From contig CBDETY010000003.1 of NCBI GenBank assembly GCA_965243025.1, positions 4,832,001-4,896,000 of the forward strand: a DNA stretch of 64,000 nt, in the 5' to 3' direction. The DNA comes from Candidatus Latescibacterota bacterium. Its GTDB lineage: Bacteria; Latescibacterota; UBA2968; UBA8231. The notes under the pieces were generated by a model, which was given only the letters and a program-made list of their open reading frames with translations, did not search any database and was not told the DNA's origin. Below are positions 26,543 through 36,576 of the stretch, piece by piece. Every line of letters begins with the position of its first letter. Within the stretch, counting starts at the first letter, position 1. Position numbers and translations under genes: made by a program.

Positions 26543-28084
26543 TTAACCGCTTTCCCGCGATCGGTGGAAGATCTCCCGCACCGCGGCGACGGTGTCGGCC
26601 TCGGCCGCCCGCTTGTCGGGGCGGTAGCGCTTGACGCGTGCGAAGCGGAGCGCCATCCCGGCGGGGTACTGGGGGCTCGCCTGCACGCCGTCGAAGGCGA
26701 CCTCGACCACGAGCTCGGGACGCACGTGCACGACGTGCCCCTCTTCCCCCACTTTCAGCTCCTGCAGCTTTGCAGTCTGCCAGCGCAGCATCTCGTCGGT
26801 CATTCCCTTGAAGGTCTTGCCGAGCATGGCCAACCCGCCGGCCTCATCGCGGGCACCGAGGTGAAGGTTGGAAAGCCAACCCTTGCGCCTGCCGCTTCCC
26901 CACTCGACGGCAAGGACCACGAGGTCGAGGGTGTGCGACGGTTTCAGCTTCATCCAGCCGGCGCCGCGGCGCCCCGCTTCGTACGGGGCTTCCATGTCCT
27001 TGGCCATCACCCCTTCGTGACCGGCCTGGAGGGCGCCGTCGATGAACATTTGCGCCTCCTCGGACGAGGCGGCCACCAGCCCCGGCACCCGGCTCTCCCC
27101 GGGCACCACCCCGTCCAGGGCCGCGGCGCGTTCCCTGCCCGGCAGATCGATGAGGTCCTGCCCGTCGAGGTGAAGGCAGTCGAAGAAGAACGACGACAGC
27201 GGCAGCTCGGCTTTAATCCCGTCGACGTTGAGCCTGCGGCCGAAGCGGCGCATCGTCGTCTGGAACGGGGCCGGCCGGCCCTGGCCGGTCAGGGCGATCG
27301 CCTCGCCGTCGAGGATCAGGCTGGCGGCCGGCAGCGAGCGCACCGCTTCGACGACTTCGGGGACGGCGGCAGTCACGTCGTTCAGCTTGCGAGTGAACAC
27401 GCGGACGTCGCCGCCGAGACGGTGCACCTGCACGCGGGCGCCGTCGAGCTTGTACTCGAGCCCGACGCTCTCGTGGCGGCCGAACACCTCCTCCAGGTTC
27501 CGGGCGGTCTGCGCCAGCATCGGCTGCACCGGCGACAGCAGCTGCAGCCGGAATCCGGCGAGCGCCCCCTCCCCCCCGGTGAGGGCGGCGACGGCGACCT
27601 GGCGCAGGTCTCCCGACAGCATCACCGCTCGCCGGACCGATGCCGCGGGAAGGCCCGTTGCCCGGGCCACCGCCTCGACGACGATCCCCTCCTGCGCCCC
27701 CTGGCGCAGCTCGCCGAACACCAGGCGGGCAAGGAACTCCTGCTCCTCCGCTGTCGCCTCCGACAGCAGCTTTTTCAGTCTCTGCAGTTTTGCCCGCGCC
27801 GAACCGGGACCGCTCATGGAGGCGATCTCGGAAAAAGCGAGATCGACGGCGGCGACCCCGAGCCGGGGCGACGGCGCGGCGCTGCCCGGCATGGCGTCGC
27901 GGACGGCGGCGTACCCGAGCCCGATGCGGCCCTGGCGCAGCTCGCCGGTCAGGAAGGCGACCCCGGCCTCGCGCTCGGCCGGGGCGAGGCCGCGCATGCA
28001 CCCGGCGAGGTGGTCGATCTTCTGCAGCCGGGCCCGGGTTCCAGCCACGGACCGGGAGGTCTGGACTATCTCGGCAAACAGCAT
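26543..28084 (-). CDS. ATP-dependent DNA ligase (LigB-type)
   Basis: PMLAQ, EYKLDG (adenylated Lys), LDGE, EGVMAK, WMKLK and LRFARV motifs. Probable start MLFAEIV at 28084. Confidence 0.9.
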   Translation of the reverse strand: MLFAEIVQTSRSVAGTRARLQKIDHLAGCMRGLAPAEREAGVAFLTGELRQGRIGLGYAAVRDAMPGSAAPSPRLGVAAVDLAFSEIASMSGPGSARAKLQRLKKLLSEATAEEQEFLARLVFGELRQGAQEGIVVEAVARATGLPAASVRRAVMLSGDLRQVAVAALTGGEGALAGFRLQLLSPVQPMLAQTARNLEEVFGRHESVGLEYKLDGARVQVHRLGGDVRVFTRKLNDVTAAVPEVVEAVRSLPAASLILDGEAIALTGQGRPAPFQTTMRRFGRRLNVDGIKAELPLSSFFFDCLHLDGQDLIDLPGRERAAALDGVVPGESRVPGLVAASSEEAQMFIDGALQAGHEGVMAKDMEAPYEAGRRGAGWMKLKPSHTLDLVVLAVEWGSGRRKGWLSNLHLGARDEAGGLAMLGKTFKGMTDEMLRWQTAKLQELKVGEEGHVVHVRPELVVEVAFDGVQASPQYPAGMALRFARVKRYRPDKRAAEADTVAAVREIFHRSRESG

Positions 28085-28206
28085 TTCGCCATTGAAGATC
28101 CGCATCGGCCGGCGCCGGGAAAAGTGGTGCGAGCCCCTGGCCGGGTTCCGTGACAAATCGAGGTACGGCTACTCAGGCCGGGATGCTTTTCGTACCCTTT
28201 TTCGTC

Positions 28207-30000
28207 ATGGAAAGGAACGGACTCGAAGCCCATGCGCCGCTCCTGACGCTCGACAGGCCGGTGCACCCGCCGCGGTGGGCCTTGCTCGAGCGCCAGCTTC
28301 TCGACGCCCAGGCAGAGGCATGCAGGGAGTTCTACGACCGCTACTTCGACGAGCGGGGCTACCTGCTGTGCGTGCCGCGCTGGGGGGGCGACGACGGCCC
28401 GGACGACGCCGCGGAAAACCAGTTGAACTGGACGGTGCTGCACGCCCTCGGGGCGGACGACGACATCCTCGAGCTGTTCCGCCGCGGCTTCGAGGGCCAC
28501 CTGCGGCAGTACACCGAAGCCAAAACCGTCGAGGTGCCCTTCGCGCGGGACGGCATGTACTACAAGGAATTCCCCGTCAGCCTCGACTGGTTCCACCACG
28601 GCGAGGGGTTCAGCGCCTTCTTCCACTACGGCCTGTGCGACCCCCGCGACCGGCGCTACCTGCAGCGCGCCAAGCGCTACGCCGGGTTCTACATGGACGA
28701 GGATCCTCAGGCCCCCAACTACGACCCGCGGCATCGCCTGATCCGCTCGCTGATGAACGGCAGCCGCGGGCCGATGCTGCGCAAGGCCACGGCGCTCGAC
28801 TGGGCCGGCGACCCTATAGAGGTGGAGGGGCGTTTCAGGCTCCTGCACAGCGAGCGCAGCTACGCGGAAATGCTGGCCCATTTCGTGGAGTACACCGACG
28901 TCGCCGGCGACCACCCGAACAACCTCGGGGCGACGCAGCTCGCCCACACCGCCTTCGCCCTCGGCGGCGGCGAGCGCTACCGCGACTGGCTGCTGGAGTA
29001 CGTCGACGCCTGGGTCGAGCGCACCGACGAAAACGACGGCATCATCCCCAGCAACGTCGGCCTCGACGGCAGTATCGGCGGCGAGTGCGGCGGCCGGTGG
29101 TGGGGCGGCTGCTACGGCTGGGGGTTCACCGTCATCGTACCGCAGACCGGGGAGCCGGCGCACCGGTGCTGCGCCTACGCCCGCGCCTTCTACGGGTTCG
29201 CCAACGCCCTGCTGATGACGGGCAAGCAGTCCTACGTCGATCTCTGGAGAGGGGTCATCGACCGCGTCAACGACAACGCCGCCGAGATCGACGGCCGCAC
29301 CATGTACCCGCGCATGCACGGAGACGGGGGTTGGTACGCCCACCAATCGACCCCTTTCGACGCCGGCGCCCTGCAGACCTGGTTCTGGTCCCAGGACGCC
29401 CAGGACGCCGAACGCGTCGGCGGCGACGAGTGGGTGGCTTTCGTGCGTGGAAACGGCGGTGCCTTTCCCGAAAAGGCGCTCGAGTCCGATCTCGAGCGGC
29501 TGCGCGGCCGCGTCGCCGGGATGCGCGACGACACGACCACCCCCGACACCCGCCTGTCGGACGACATGAACGGCCTGAACCCGGCGGTCACCGAGAACCT
29601 GACCCGCCTGATGCTCGGCGGCCTGCCGACGGGACGGGACGGCCACTCGCTGCACTGCCGCCTGCGCTACTTCGACGCCGACCGCCGTCGCGCCGGGTTG
29701 CCGCGGGATGTCGGGGCACTCGTCGAGCGCATGGACGCGGAAAACGTCGACGTGTCGCTGGTCAATCTCAGCCCGGTGCACGAGCGCACCGTCGTCGTCC
29801 AGGGAGGCGCCTATGCCGAGCACCGCAGCGAGGTGGTTTCCTGCGCCGGCCAGTCTGTCGAGATTCAGGGGGGGATCGACTCGCAACGGCGGTCGGCCTT
29901 CGTCGTGCGCCTGGAACCGGGGTGCGGCGGGCAGCTGCGCATCCGCCAGCGGCGCTACGCGCACCCGTCGACGTTCGCCTTTCCCTGGGACCGGGCCTGA
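28207..30000 (+). CDS. Large hypothetical protein (possible alpha/alpha-barrel enzyme)
   Basis: About 600 aa with strong GC3 bias; RWGGDDGPDD, DWFHHGEG and WWGGCYGW segments. Start uncertain (28150-28207). Confidence 0.7.
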   Translation: MERNGLEAHAPLLTLDRPVHPPRWALLERQLLDAQAEACREFYDRYFDERGYLLCVPRWGGDDGPDDAAENQLNWTVLHALGADDDILELFRRGFEGHLRQYTEAKTVEVPFARDGMYYKEFPVSLDWFHHGEGFSAFFHYGLCDPRDRRYLQRAKRYAGFYMDEDPQAPNYDPRHRLIRSLMNGSRGPMLRKATALDWAGDPIEVEGRFRLLHSERSYAEMLAHFVEYTDVAGDHPNNLGATQLAHTAFALGGGERYRDWLLEYVDAWVERTDENDGIIPSNVGLDGSIGGECGGRWWGGCYGWGFTVIVPQTGEPAHRCCAYARAFYGFANALLMTGKQSYVDLWRGVIDRVNDNAAEIDGRTMYPRMHGDGGWYAHQSTPFDAGALQTWFWSQDAQDAERVGGDEWVAFVRGNGGAFPEKALESDLERLRGRVAGMRDDTTTPDTRLSDDMNGLNPAVTENLTRLMLGGLPTGRDGHSLHCRLRYFDADRRRAGLPRDVGALVERMDAENVDVSLVNLSPVHERTVVVQGGAYAEHRSEVVSCAGQSVEIQGGIDSQRRSAFVVRLEPGCGGQLRIRQRRYAHPSTFAFPWDRA

Positions 30001-30056
30001 CCGCGCCGGCCGGGACGGTGCGTTTCGCCGACGATGCTGAAGAAAGGTCAAATCCT

Positions 30057-31106
30057 ATGAGTGAAGCGCTGAGGAAATTCAGGGTCTCCAACGACGCCCT
30101 CGACGACGGGGAGGAACTGCGGCGCCGCATCGCCGGGGAGGGCTACCTTTTCTTTCGCGGCCTGCAGGACGCCGACCGCATGCTCGCCCTGCGCCGCGAC
30201 ATGCTCTCGGTGATAGCCGAGGCCGGGTGGCTGATCCCCGGCACCGACCCTGCCGACGGCATCGCCGACCCGTCCAGGGCCTGCACCGAGGGCGATCCCG
30301 AGTACACCCCGGTGTACTCTGCTGTCTACAAGCTCGAATCCTTCCACCGCGCCGGTCACTGGCCCGAGGTACTCGACCTCATGGGCAAAGTCATCGGCGA
30401 GCCGGTGTTGCCGCACCCGCAGAAAATCGCCCGCCTCTGGTTCCCGCAGTTCACCGACCACACCACCCCCGTGCACCAGGACTTCGTTCACTTCCAGGGG
30501 AACTTCGAAACCTATACGTGCTGGGCCCCGGTCGGCGACTGCCCGGTCGAGCTGGGACCGCTGGCGATCCAGCCCAGGTCGCACGAGCTGGAGGGCCTGC
30601 TCGACCACCACTTCTCGCTCGGTGCCGGGGGGTTGAAGATCGAACCCGGGGAGCTGGACGGAGAGTGGTTCAGCACCGACTTCGAGATCGGGGACACCCT
30701 GGTCTTCAACGCCCTCATGGTGCACAAGGCGCTGCCCAACCTCACCGCCGACCGGCTGCGGGTTTCGCTCGACAACCGCTACCAGGCCGTCTCCGGCACC
30801 ATAGCCGAACACATGCTGCAGCCTCACCTTCAGCGGCTCAGCGGCCTTGCCTGGGATGAGGTGTACGCGGACTGGAGCGGCTCGCGCGGTCTCCGTTACT
30901 ACTGGGAAGGGCTCGATCTCGAGACCCGGCCCCGCGACTTCAGCTACGCCGAACGCGGATTCGAGGAAGCAGTCGCCCTGGCCCGGCAGGGAGACGAGTG
31001 GGGGCGGATCGCCATGCAGCGGGTGGTTCGCAACAACGTCAGCCCCCCCCAGGTCGAGGTCGCACGCGCAGTGCTGCGCGAGCTGGAAGAGGTCCCCGCC
31101 AAATAG
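30057..31106 (+). CDS. PhyH-family Fe(II)/2OG dioxygenase
   Basis: EGYLFFR, HQDF, GDTLVF..LMVH and RVSLDNRY motifs; ATG at 30057. Confidence 0.85.
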   Translation: MSEALRKFRVSNDALDDGEELRRRIAGEGYLFFRGLQDADRMLALRRDMLSVIAEAGWLIPGTDPADGIADPSRACTEGDPEYTPVYSAVYKLESFHRAGHWPEVLDLMGKVIGEPVLPHPQKIARLWFPQFTDHTTPVHQDFVHFQGNFETYTCWAPVGDCPVELGPLAIQPRSHELEGLLDHHFSLGAGGLKIEPGELDGEWFSTDFEIGDTLVFNALMVHKALPNLTADRLRVSLDNRYQAVSGTIAEHMLQPHLQRLSGLAWDEVYADWSGSRGLRYYWEGLDLETRPRDFSYAERGFEEAVALARQGDEWGRIAMQRVVRNNVSPPQVEVARAVLRELEEVPAK

Positions 31107-31146
31107 CGGCCCGAGGTTGGGGCCTTTCCCGGGACGATCCTGGCGG

Positions 31147-32829
31147 TCAGGCGCCCTGGAATTCCCTGAGGAACTTTCGCTCCCCTTCGGCGGTGGCGAT
31201 CAGGATCATCTCTCCGCCCGCGGGCAGCACCTTCCCGGGATCGGGGTTGACGCTGGTCGATCCGTTGAGACTGGTGGCGACGACCGAGCAGCCTGTGCGC
31301 GGCCGGATACCGGAGGCGGCGATGCTCTTTCCCGCAAGGCTGTCCGGCACCGGGAGCCGCACCACCTCCAGGCCCTCGGCGATCATCAAGGTGCTGCTCC
31401 GCTTCAGGAGGTTGACGATCTCCCGGGCGCCCATCGAGGGGTAGGACATCACGAAATCGGTGCCGGCCCGGTGCAGCGTCGGCACGCTGCGCTCGGAGTT
31501 CGCCCTGGCGATGATCTGAATATCCGGCCTCAGCTGCCGGCAGTAGATGGCGAGGTAGACGTTGGTCTCGTCGTCCCGGGTGGTCAGCACCACGGCCGGG
31601 GCCCTGTCGATTCCCGCCTCCTTCATCACCTCTATCTCGGCGGCGGACCCGACCACGGTATTTCCGCCGTCGGGCACCGCACCCGGGTCGCGCTCGACGA
31701 TGCGGTAGTCGACGTTGCGCTCGGCGAGGGCCCTTGCCGTCGCCCGGCCGACGCGCCCGGAGCCGATGATGATCACCGGGTCGGGATTCTGGTTGTAGAT
31801 CGCGAACAGACTGTCGTAGCGGTACAGCTGCTGCCGGTTCGCCGCCAGGACCAGCACGGTGTTCTCTGCGATGAGGGCTTCCGGCCGCGCCGGCTGGAAC
31901 TCCCCCCGTTCCCAGACCCCGACGACGGTAATTCCGACGTTCCGGCGCAGGTCGGCCTGCGCCAGAGTCTTGCCGACCAGCGGGGTTCGGGTGACGGTGG
32001 CTTCGGCGATCATCAGCTCTTCGAACTCGCCGATCACGTGCGCCATCGCGTCCCCGGCGGTAATTCGCCGCGCCAGCGATTCCCCCAGCATGTCCGCCAG
32101 CTGCAGCACGTGGGTGCATCCTGCGAGCTGCAGGATGTCGACCGACGCCGGCGCATCGGCAGTGCCGATGATCGGGATCTCTTCGGAAATCCCGCGCACC
32201 GTCGAGGCTACCTGGGCGTTCACCTCGTCGCTGCAGGCGGTGACCACGAGCGCCGCTTCGGAGACACGGGCGCGGCGGTAGGCGTCCGGATCGTCGAGAT
32301 CTCCGACGAGGACCTTCAGACCTTCGTCGGAGAAACGAATCGCCTCCTCCCCGTCCGACTCGATCAGCACGTAGGAGTAGTTGAACTGGGTCAGGCGCTG
32401 GATCAGGGCCATGGAGACCGGGTCGGGCCTGGTGAGAACGACGTGGTCGCGGGTGCCCGGGTCGAGCTCGCGGGGTCTCCGCGCGTCGATCCGCGACTGC
32501 ACCCACGGGGTCCAGAAAAACTGCAGGAAGGTGATCGGCAGCAGCATCAGCATGAAAAGAGTTCCGCTCAGCAGCACCATCATGCTGAAGGCGCGTCCGA
32601 GATCGGTGTGGAAGGTGATGTCGCCGAAACCGAGGGTCGACATCACCGTCAGCGTCCAGTACAACCCGGTGAACCAGGTGTATTCGCGCCCCTCGTGAAG
32701 CATCAGGACGTGGAAGAGGACGCTGAACAGCGCCACCAGCGCCACGAACACCGACAACAGGCGCAGCAGGCGGGAAAAGTTGCGGCGCCGCTGGGGATCG
32801 TCGAGGAAAAACCGGAGAAGCCTCAGCAT
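31147..32829 (-). CDS. Potassium channel protein with two RCK (TrkA-N/TrkA-C) pairs
   Basis: Two TM helices around the TMSTLGFGD filter; GSGRVG Rossmann motif; ATG at 32829. Confidence 0.87.
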   Translation of the reverse strand: MLRLLRFFLDDPQRRRNFSRLLRLLSVFVALVALFSVLFHVLMLHEGREYTWFTGLYWTLTVMSTLGFGDITFHTDLGRAFSMMVLLSGTLFMLMLLPITFLQFFWTPWVQSRIDARRPRELDPGTRDHVVLTRPDPVSMALIQRLTQFNYSYVLIESDGEEAIRFSDEGLKVLVGDLDDPDAYRRARVSEAALVVTACSDEVNAQVASTVRGISEEIPIIGTADAPASVDILQLAGCTHVLQLADMLGESLARRITAGDAMAHVIGEFEELMIAEATVTRTPLVGKTLAQADLRRNVGITVVGVWERGEFQPARPEALIAENTVLVLAANRQQLYRYDSLFAIYNQNPDPVIIIGSGRVGRATARALAERNVDYRIVERDPGAVPDGGNTVVGSAAEIEVMKEAGIDRAPAVVLTTRDDETNVYLAIYCRQLRPDIQIIARANSERSVPTLHRAGTDFVMSYPSMGAREIVNLLKRSSTLMIAEGLEVVRLPVPDSLAGKSIAASGIRPRTGCSVVATSLNGSTSVNPDPGKVLPAGGEMILIATAEGERKFLREFQGA

Positions 32830-32840
32830 CGCAACCCCCC

Positions 32841-34466
32841 CTACGCTCTCAACGGATTCTCCCGCAGCCAGGTGATCCAGCTGATGATCTCCTGGTGGCG
32901 GTCGCGCAGAAGCACCTCGATCACCGCCGGACGCTCCGCGGCCAGGCCCCGCTCCAGAGCCGCGCGAAAACCGTCGAGATCCTCGACGCGCTCGGCATGG
33001 GCTCCGAACGAGCGGGCAAAGGCGACGAAGTCCGGGTTGGTGAGCTCGGTGTCGATGGTGCGGCCCTCGCAGTCCCGCTGCTGGGAGCCCTTGATCGCCG
33101 TCAGGGCGCTGTCGTTGACGACCACCGCGACCACGTTGATTCCATAGCGGACCGCGGTGGCCAGCTCGAAGCTCCCCATCAGGAAACCCCCGTCGCCGCT
33201 GAAACAGACCACGGGCCGCTCCGGATGGGCAACCTTGGCGCCCAGGGCGGCGGGAAAGGCGTGTCCGAGGGAAACCCCGATGCAGGGATAGATGAAGGTC
33301 CTCGGGTCGGCGATCGGATACTCGGAAAAGACGGAGTAGCCGATGCCGTGCACGTCGACCGACAGGATGCCCTCCTCCGGCAGCAACTCCCGTATCTCGG
33401 GCAGCAGCGGCAGCGGCATCTGCGCCGCAAACCGCCCGCGCCACTCCTCGAGCAGGCCGCTCCACTGGCAGGTGGGGGAGCCGGCGGCTTCGGCCAGTCC
33501 CCGCAGGCTCGCCCGCAGGTCGCCGGGAACGCCGGCGTCGCACTCGTATTCGCGGCCGATCTCGCTCTTCTCGGGATCGAGTTGCAGCAGCGGCCGCGGG
33601 AACTCGCGGGTCCAGTTGGCCGTATCGATCGAGGTAAAGCGACAGCCCACCGCCACCGTGCAGTCCGCGGCGGCCAGGGCCTGCTGGCCGCGGTAGCCGC
33701 TGAGGTCGCACAGGGCCAGCTCGTGATCCTCCGGCAGGGCCCCCTTGCCGCGGCGCGTGGTCGCGACCGGGGCGTGAATCCTTTCAGCCAGCCGGCGAAG
33801 CTCGGCCCGGGCCCCGCTCGCGATCACCGCCCCGCCGGCCAGCAGCAACGGCCGCCGCGCGGCGCGCAACCTGGCGGCGGCGGCCCGTACCAGGGCCTCG
33901 TCCGGAGCCGGGGCGGGCTGGTGCTCGACGCGGGGGCAGGCCGCGGCGTTGCCCTCCGCGGTGATCACGTCCTGGGGAAACTCCAGCAGCGCCGGGCCCG
34001 GCCGCGGCGAGCGCATGGCGGCGAACGCCTTCCCGACCTGTACGGGGATCTCCTCGACGGAGCGGACGCTGGCGCGGTACCTGGTTATCGGCGCGAAAAA
34101 AGAGAGCTGATCGAGGCCGTGGAAATGCTTGCTCGGATCGCGGGAGTAATGCTTCGACTCGTGCTGCCCGGTGATCAGCAGCACCGGAACGGAGTCGGTG
34201 CAGGCCTGCAGAATGCCGGTGGAAGCGTTGCTGGCGCCGGGCCCGGGGACGGTCAGCGCCACCCCGACGTCGCCGGTGGCCCGGGCGTAGCCGTCGGCCA
34301 TCACCGAGGCGGAGTACTCGTGGCGCACCAGCATGTGGCCGAGCCGGTCTCCTCCGCAACGCAGCAGGGAGTCGTAGATCTGGATGTTCTGCGTCCCCGG
34401 CATGCCGAAGATGCAGCCGACTCCCTGTGCCTTCAGGCACTCGATCAGGAGATCGCCGCCGCGCAT
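32841..34466 (-). CDS. Thiamine pyrophosphate-dependent enzyme (acetolactate synthase-like)
   Basis: FGMPG, RHE, PGPG and GDGGF...NDS motifs; ATG at 34466. Confidence 0.88.
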   Translation of the reverse strand: MRGGDLLIECLKAQGVGCIFGMPGTQNIQIYDSLLRCGGDRLGHMLVRHEYSASVMADGYARATGDVGVALTVPGPGASNASTGILQACTDSVPVLLITGQHESKHYSRDPSKHFHGLDQLSFFAPITRYRASVRSVEEIPVQVGKAFAAMRSPRPGPALLEFPQDVITAEGNAAACPRVEHQPAPAPDEALVRAAAARLRAARRPLLLAGGAVIASGARAELRRLAERIHAPVATTRRGKGALPEDHELALCDLSGYRGQQALAAADCTVAVGCRFTSIDTANWTREFPRPLLQLDPEKSEIGREYECDAGVPGDLRASLRGLAEAAGSPTCQWSGLLEEWRGRFAAQMPLPLLPEIRELLPEEGILSVDVHGIGYSVFSEYPIADPRTFIYPCIGVSLGHAFPAALGAKVAHPERPVVCFSGDGGFLMGSFELATAVRYGINVVAVVVNDSALTAIKGSQQRDCEGRTIDTELTNPDFVAFARSFGAHAERVEDLDGFRAALERGLAAERPAVIEVLLRDRHQEIISWITWLRENPLRA

Positions 34467-34500
34467 CCGCTGGCCCTCCGTCAGTCGCCCCGGCGGTGCT

Positions 34501-34719
34501 TCAGTTCTCCCAGGAGCAGGCTTCCGAGGGCGCGCAGCCGCAGGGGCCGCAGGGGGTCGGCGGAGCAGAGGAGCGCGCAGGGAGGCTGGCGAAGGCGGAC
34601 AGCTGGCGGTCAAGCCGGGGGCTGCCGCAGGATTCGCATACGGTTGCCGTTGCCACGGAGAGCTCGACAACCTCGAACTGGTGCCGGCATTCCTGGCACT
34701 GGTACTCGCGGATAGGCAT
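34501..34719 (-). CDS. FmdB-family zinc-ribbon protein
   Basis: MPIREYQCQEC...FE...CESCGS with a Cys-rich tail. Confidence 0.82.
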   Translation of the reverse strand: MPIREYQCQECRHQFEVVELSVATATVCESCGSPRLDRQLSAFASLPARSSAPPTPCGPCGCAPSEACSWEN

Positions 34720-34823
34720 CGGAAAGCCCTTTCTGTCGTCGCACCGGCAGTCGGCGGAGGCAACAGAATAAGGTAGGCCATCGCCGGCCCTCCGCCGACA
34801 AGGGCCCGCGCCGTGCAGGAAAC

Positions 34824-36398
34824 TCAGCGCAGCAGGAGAAGCTTGCGCGAGCGCTGCCGGTCTCCGACCTGCAGGCGGTAGAAGTAGACGCCGCTGGCAG
34901 CCTCGACGCCGCTGTCCGTGCCGCCGTCCCAGAAAACCGCGTGCATGCCCGCCGCCCGGAGACCGTCGACCAGGGTCGCCACCCGGCGGCCGGTGACGTC
35001 GAACAGAGCCAGCTCGACATCCGCGCCGGCATGCAACGAGTAGCGGATGGCGGTGCGGGCGTTGAACGGGTTGGGGTAGGCGGCTTCCAGCTCGAATTCA
35101 GCCGGCTCCGCCGCTGCCTCTTCGATTGCCGTGGCGGTCTGGAAGGTCACGCGAATCACCATGTCGTTCACGAAGTCGCTGGTGACATAGAGGTTTCCCC
35201 CGGCGTCGGAAAGGACTCCCACCGGTTGTCCGCGCACCCCCTCGCCGGGTGCCGCGGCGGGATTCCTGACAAGCGGTCCGAGTCCGGTCATGAAGTCGGC
35301 CAGCACCGCCCCGATGCCGTCGGGCTCGACGAACAGCACCATCACCTTATACCCCGGGACCGCGGCCTTGTGGCCTGACCGGAAGGCGATGAAGGCGGCG
35401 TTCCGGTACTCCGGTGGAAAGCGGTCGGAGGTGTAGAAATGAATGCCCATCGGCGCCAGGCGGGCAGGAGCGAGGGCCACCGGACGCGGAACCGATGCGA
35501 CGAGCAGGCTGTCCTGACGGGTGATCGGAAGCACCGGGGCGTACTGAAATACCGAAAAGTCGACCCAGGACCGGTACGCGTAGGCGAACGGCCAGCCGTA
35601 GAAGCCGCCGTCGCGGATAATGTCGATGCGCTCGGGAGGCAGCCGCGAACCCTCGCGGTCGTGGCCGTTGACGACCCCCCACAGCTCGTTCGTCGAGGGG
35701 TGCAGCGCCAGTCCCGTGGCGTTGCGCAGGCCCGAGGCGAAGACGCGGCGATTGGAGCCGTCCAGGTCGAACTCGAGGACCGCGGCCCGCTCCGGCGTCT
35801 CCTCCCGGCACACGTCGCAGGTGGAACCGACGTTGACGTAGATCTTCTCCCGAAGCTCGTCGATCACCACCGTGCGCGCCGGGTGCAGGTCGCCGTCGGC
35901 TTCCGGCAGGGGGGCGAGCTCGACGCGCTTCTCGTACACGCCGTCGCGGTCGCGGTCGGACAGGCGGACCAGGACATGGGTGTCGGCGGCGTAGAGATCG
36001 CCGGCGAAGAAGGCGATGCTGTGCAGCCAGCGGAAACCGCCGGCGGCGACGTACCACTCGTCGGCGACGCCGTCGCCGTCGCGGTCGGGAAGGGCGACCA
36101 CCTCGCTTCGCAGGCGCATGCTGGCGACGTGCAGCGTGCCATCGGGGCTCCAGGCCATGGATCGCGGACCGACCAGTCCGGTCGAGGCGAATACCCGGGC
36201 ACTGAAGCCGGGCGGCATGTTGAGGGTGATGTCGCCGGGAACCTCGCCTGCGAACCGCCCCGGCACGACGAGCGGAACCGGCTGCAAACCCAGGTCCCGT
36301 TTGGGAGTCAGCTCGAAGGTGCCGGGCGGGTACTCCTGCGCCGCGAGCGCGGCGGCGAGAAACAGCCCCAGTGCCGGAAGTGCCGGACGCGGTCGCAT
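34824..36398 (-). CDS. Sorbosone/glucose dehydrogenase-type beta-propeller with C-terminal FlgD/T9SS-like sorting domain
   Basis: GSTCDVC, GLRN, YGWP and APMG motifs; DRDGDG Ca-binding loops; tail YPNPFN...WDG...SGVYFYRL. Confidence 0.82.
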   Translation of the reverse strand: MRPRPALPALGLFLAAALAAQEYPPGTFELTPKRDLGLQPVPLVVPGRFAGEVPGDITLNMPPGFSARVFASTGLVGPRSMAWSPDGTLHVASMRLRSEVVALPDRDGDGVADEWYVAAGGFRWLHSIAFFAGDLYAADTHVLVRLSDRDRDGVYEKRVELAPLPEADGDLHPARTVVIDELREKIYVNVGSTCDVCREETPERAAVLEFDLDGSNRRVFASGLRNATGLALHPSTNELWGVVNGHDREGSRLPPERIDIIRDGGFYGWPFAYAYRSWVDFSVFQYAPVLPITRQDSLLVASVPRPVALAPARLAPMGIHFYTSDRFPPEYRNAAFIAFRSGHKAAVPGYKVMVLFVEPDGIGAVLADFMTGLGPLVRNPAAAPGEGVRGQPVGVLSDAGGNLYVTSDFVNDMVIRVTFQTATAIEEAAAEPAEFELEAAYPNPFNARTAIRYSLHAGADVELALFDVTGRRVATLVDGLRAAGMHAVFWDGGTDSGVEAASGVYFYRLQVGDRQRSRKLLLLR

Positions 36399-36407
36399 GC
36401 GAACCCT

Positions 36408-36575
36408 CTAGTGTCCCGTCGCAGAAATATTTCGACATCGGGAAGCCGATCCATCCCGGCTCACGGCGTTGCCTTCGCTCGCCGTACACCCTCGGTACGA
36501 CTCGCTCAGGCGCCTTGTGAGCCGGGCGCCTCGGCATCCCGATTTTGTCAACCTATCTCTGCGACGGGACACTGA
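36408..36575. mobile_element. MITE-like structured repeat, type A copy 2
   Basis: 20-bp TIRs with one mismatch: AGTGTCCCGTCGCAGAAATA (36410-36429) and TATCTCTGCGACGGGACACT (36554-36573). CTAG at the left end; no credible coding capacity. Confidence 0.8.
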
Positions 36576-36576
36576 G

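Noticed and set aside
26543-28084. NHEJ system
   Set aside because: A LigB-type ligase alone; no Ku gene or LigD polymerase/phosphoesterase domains in the window.
27228-31106. 1292-aa plus-strand ORF
   Set aside because: Only the last 349 aa (from 30057) are a real PhyH. The rest is antisense to the ligase or out of frame with the 28207-30000 gene and is Arg/Pro/Ala-rich GC noise.
31147-33711. 854-aa channel ORF (also 15753-17585 and 55885-57309 long versions)
   Set aside because: The extensions overlap genuine upstream genes in other frames; shorter starts fit better.
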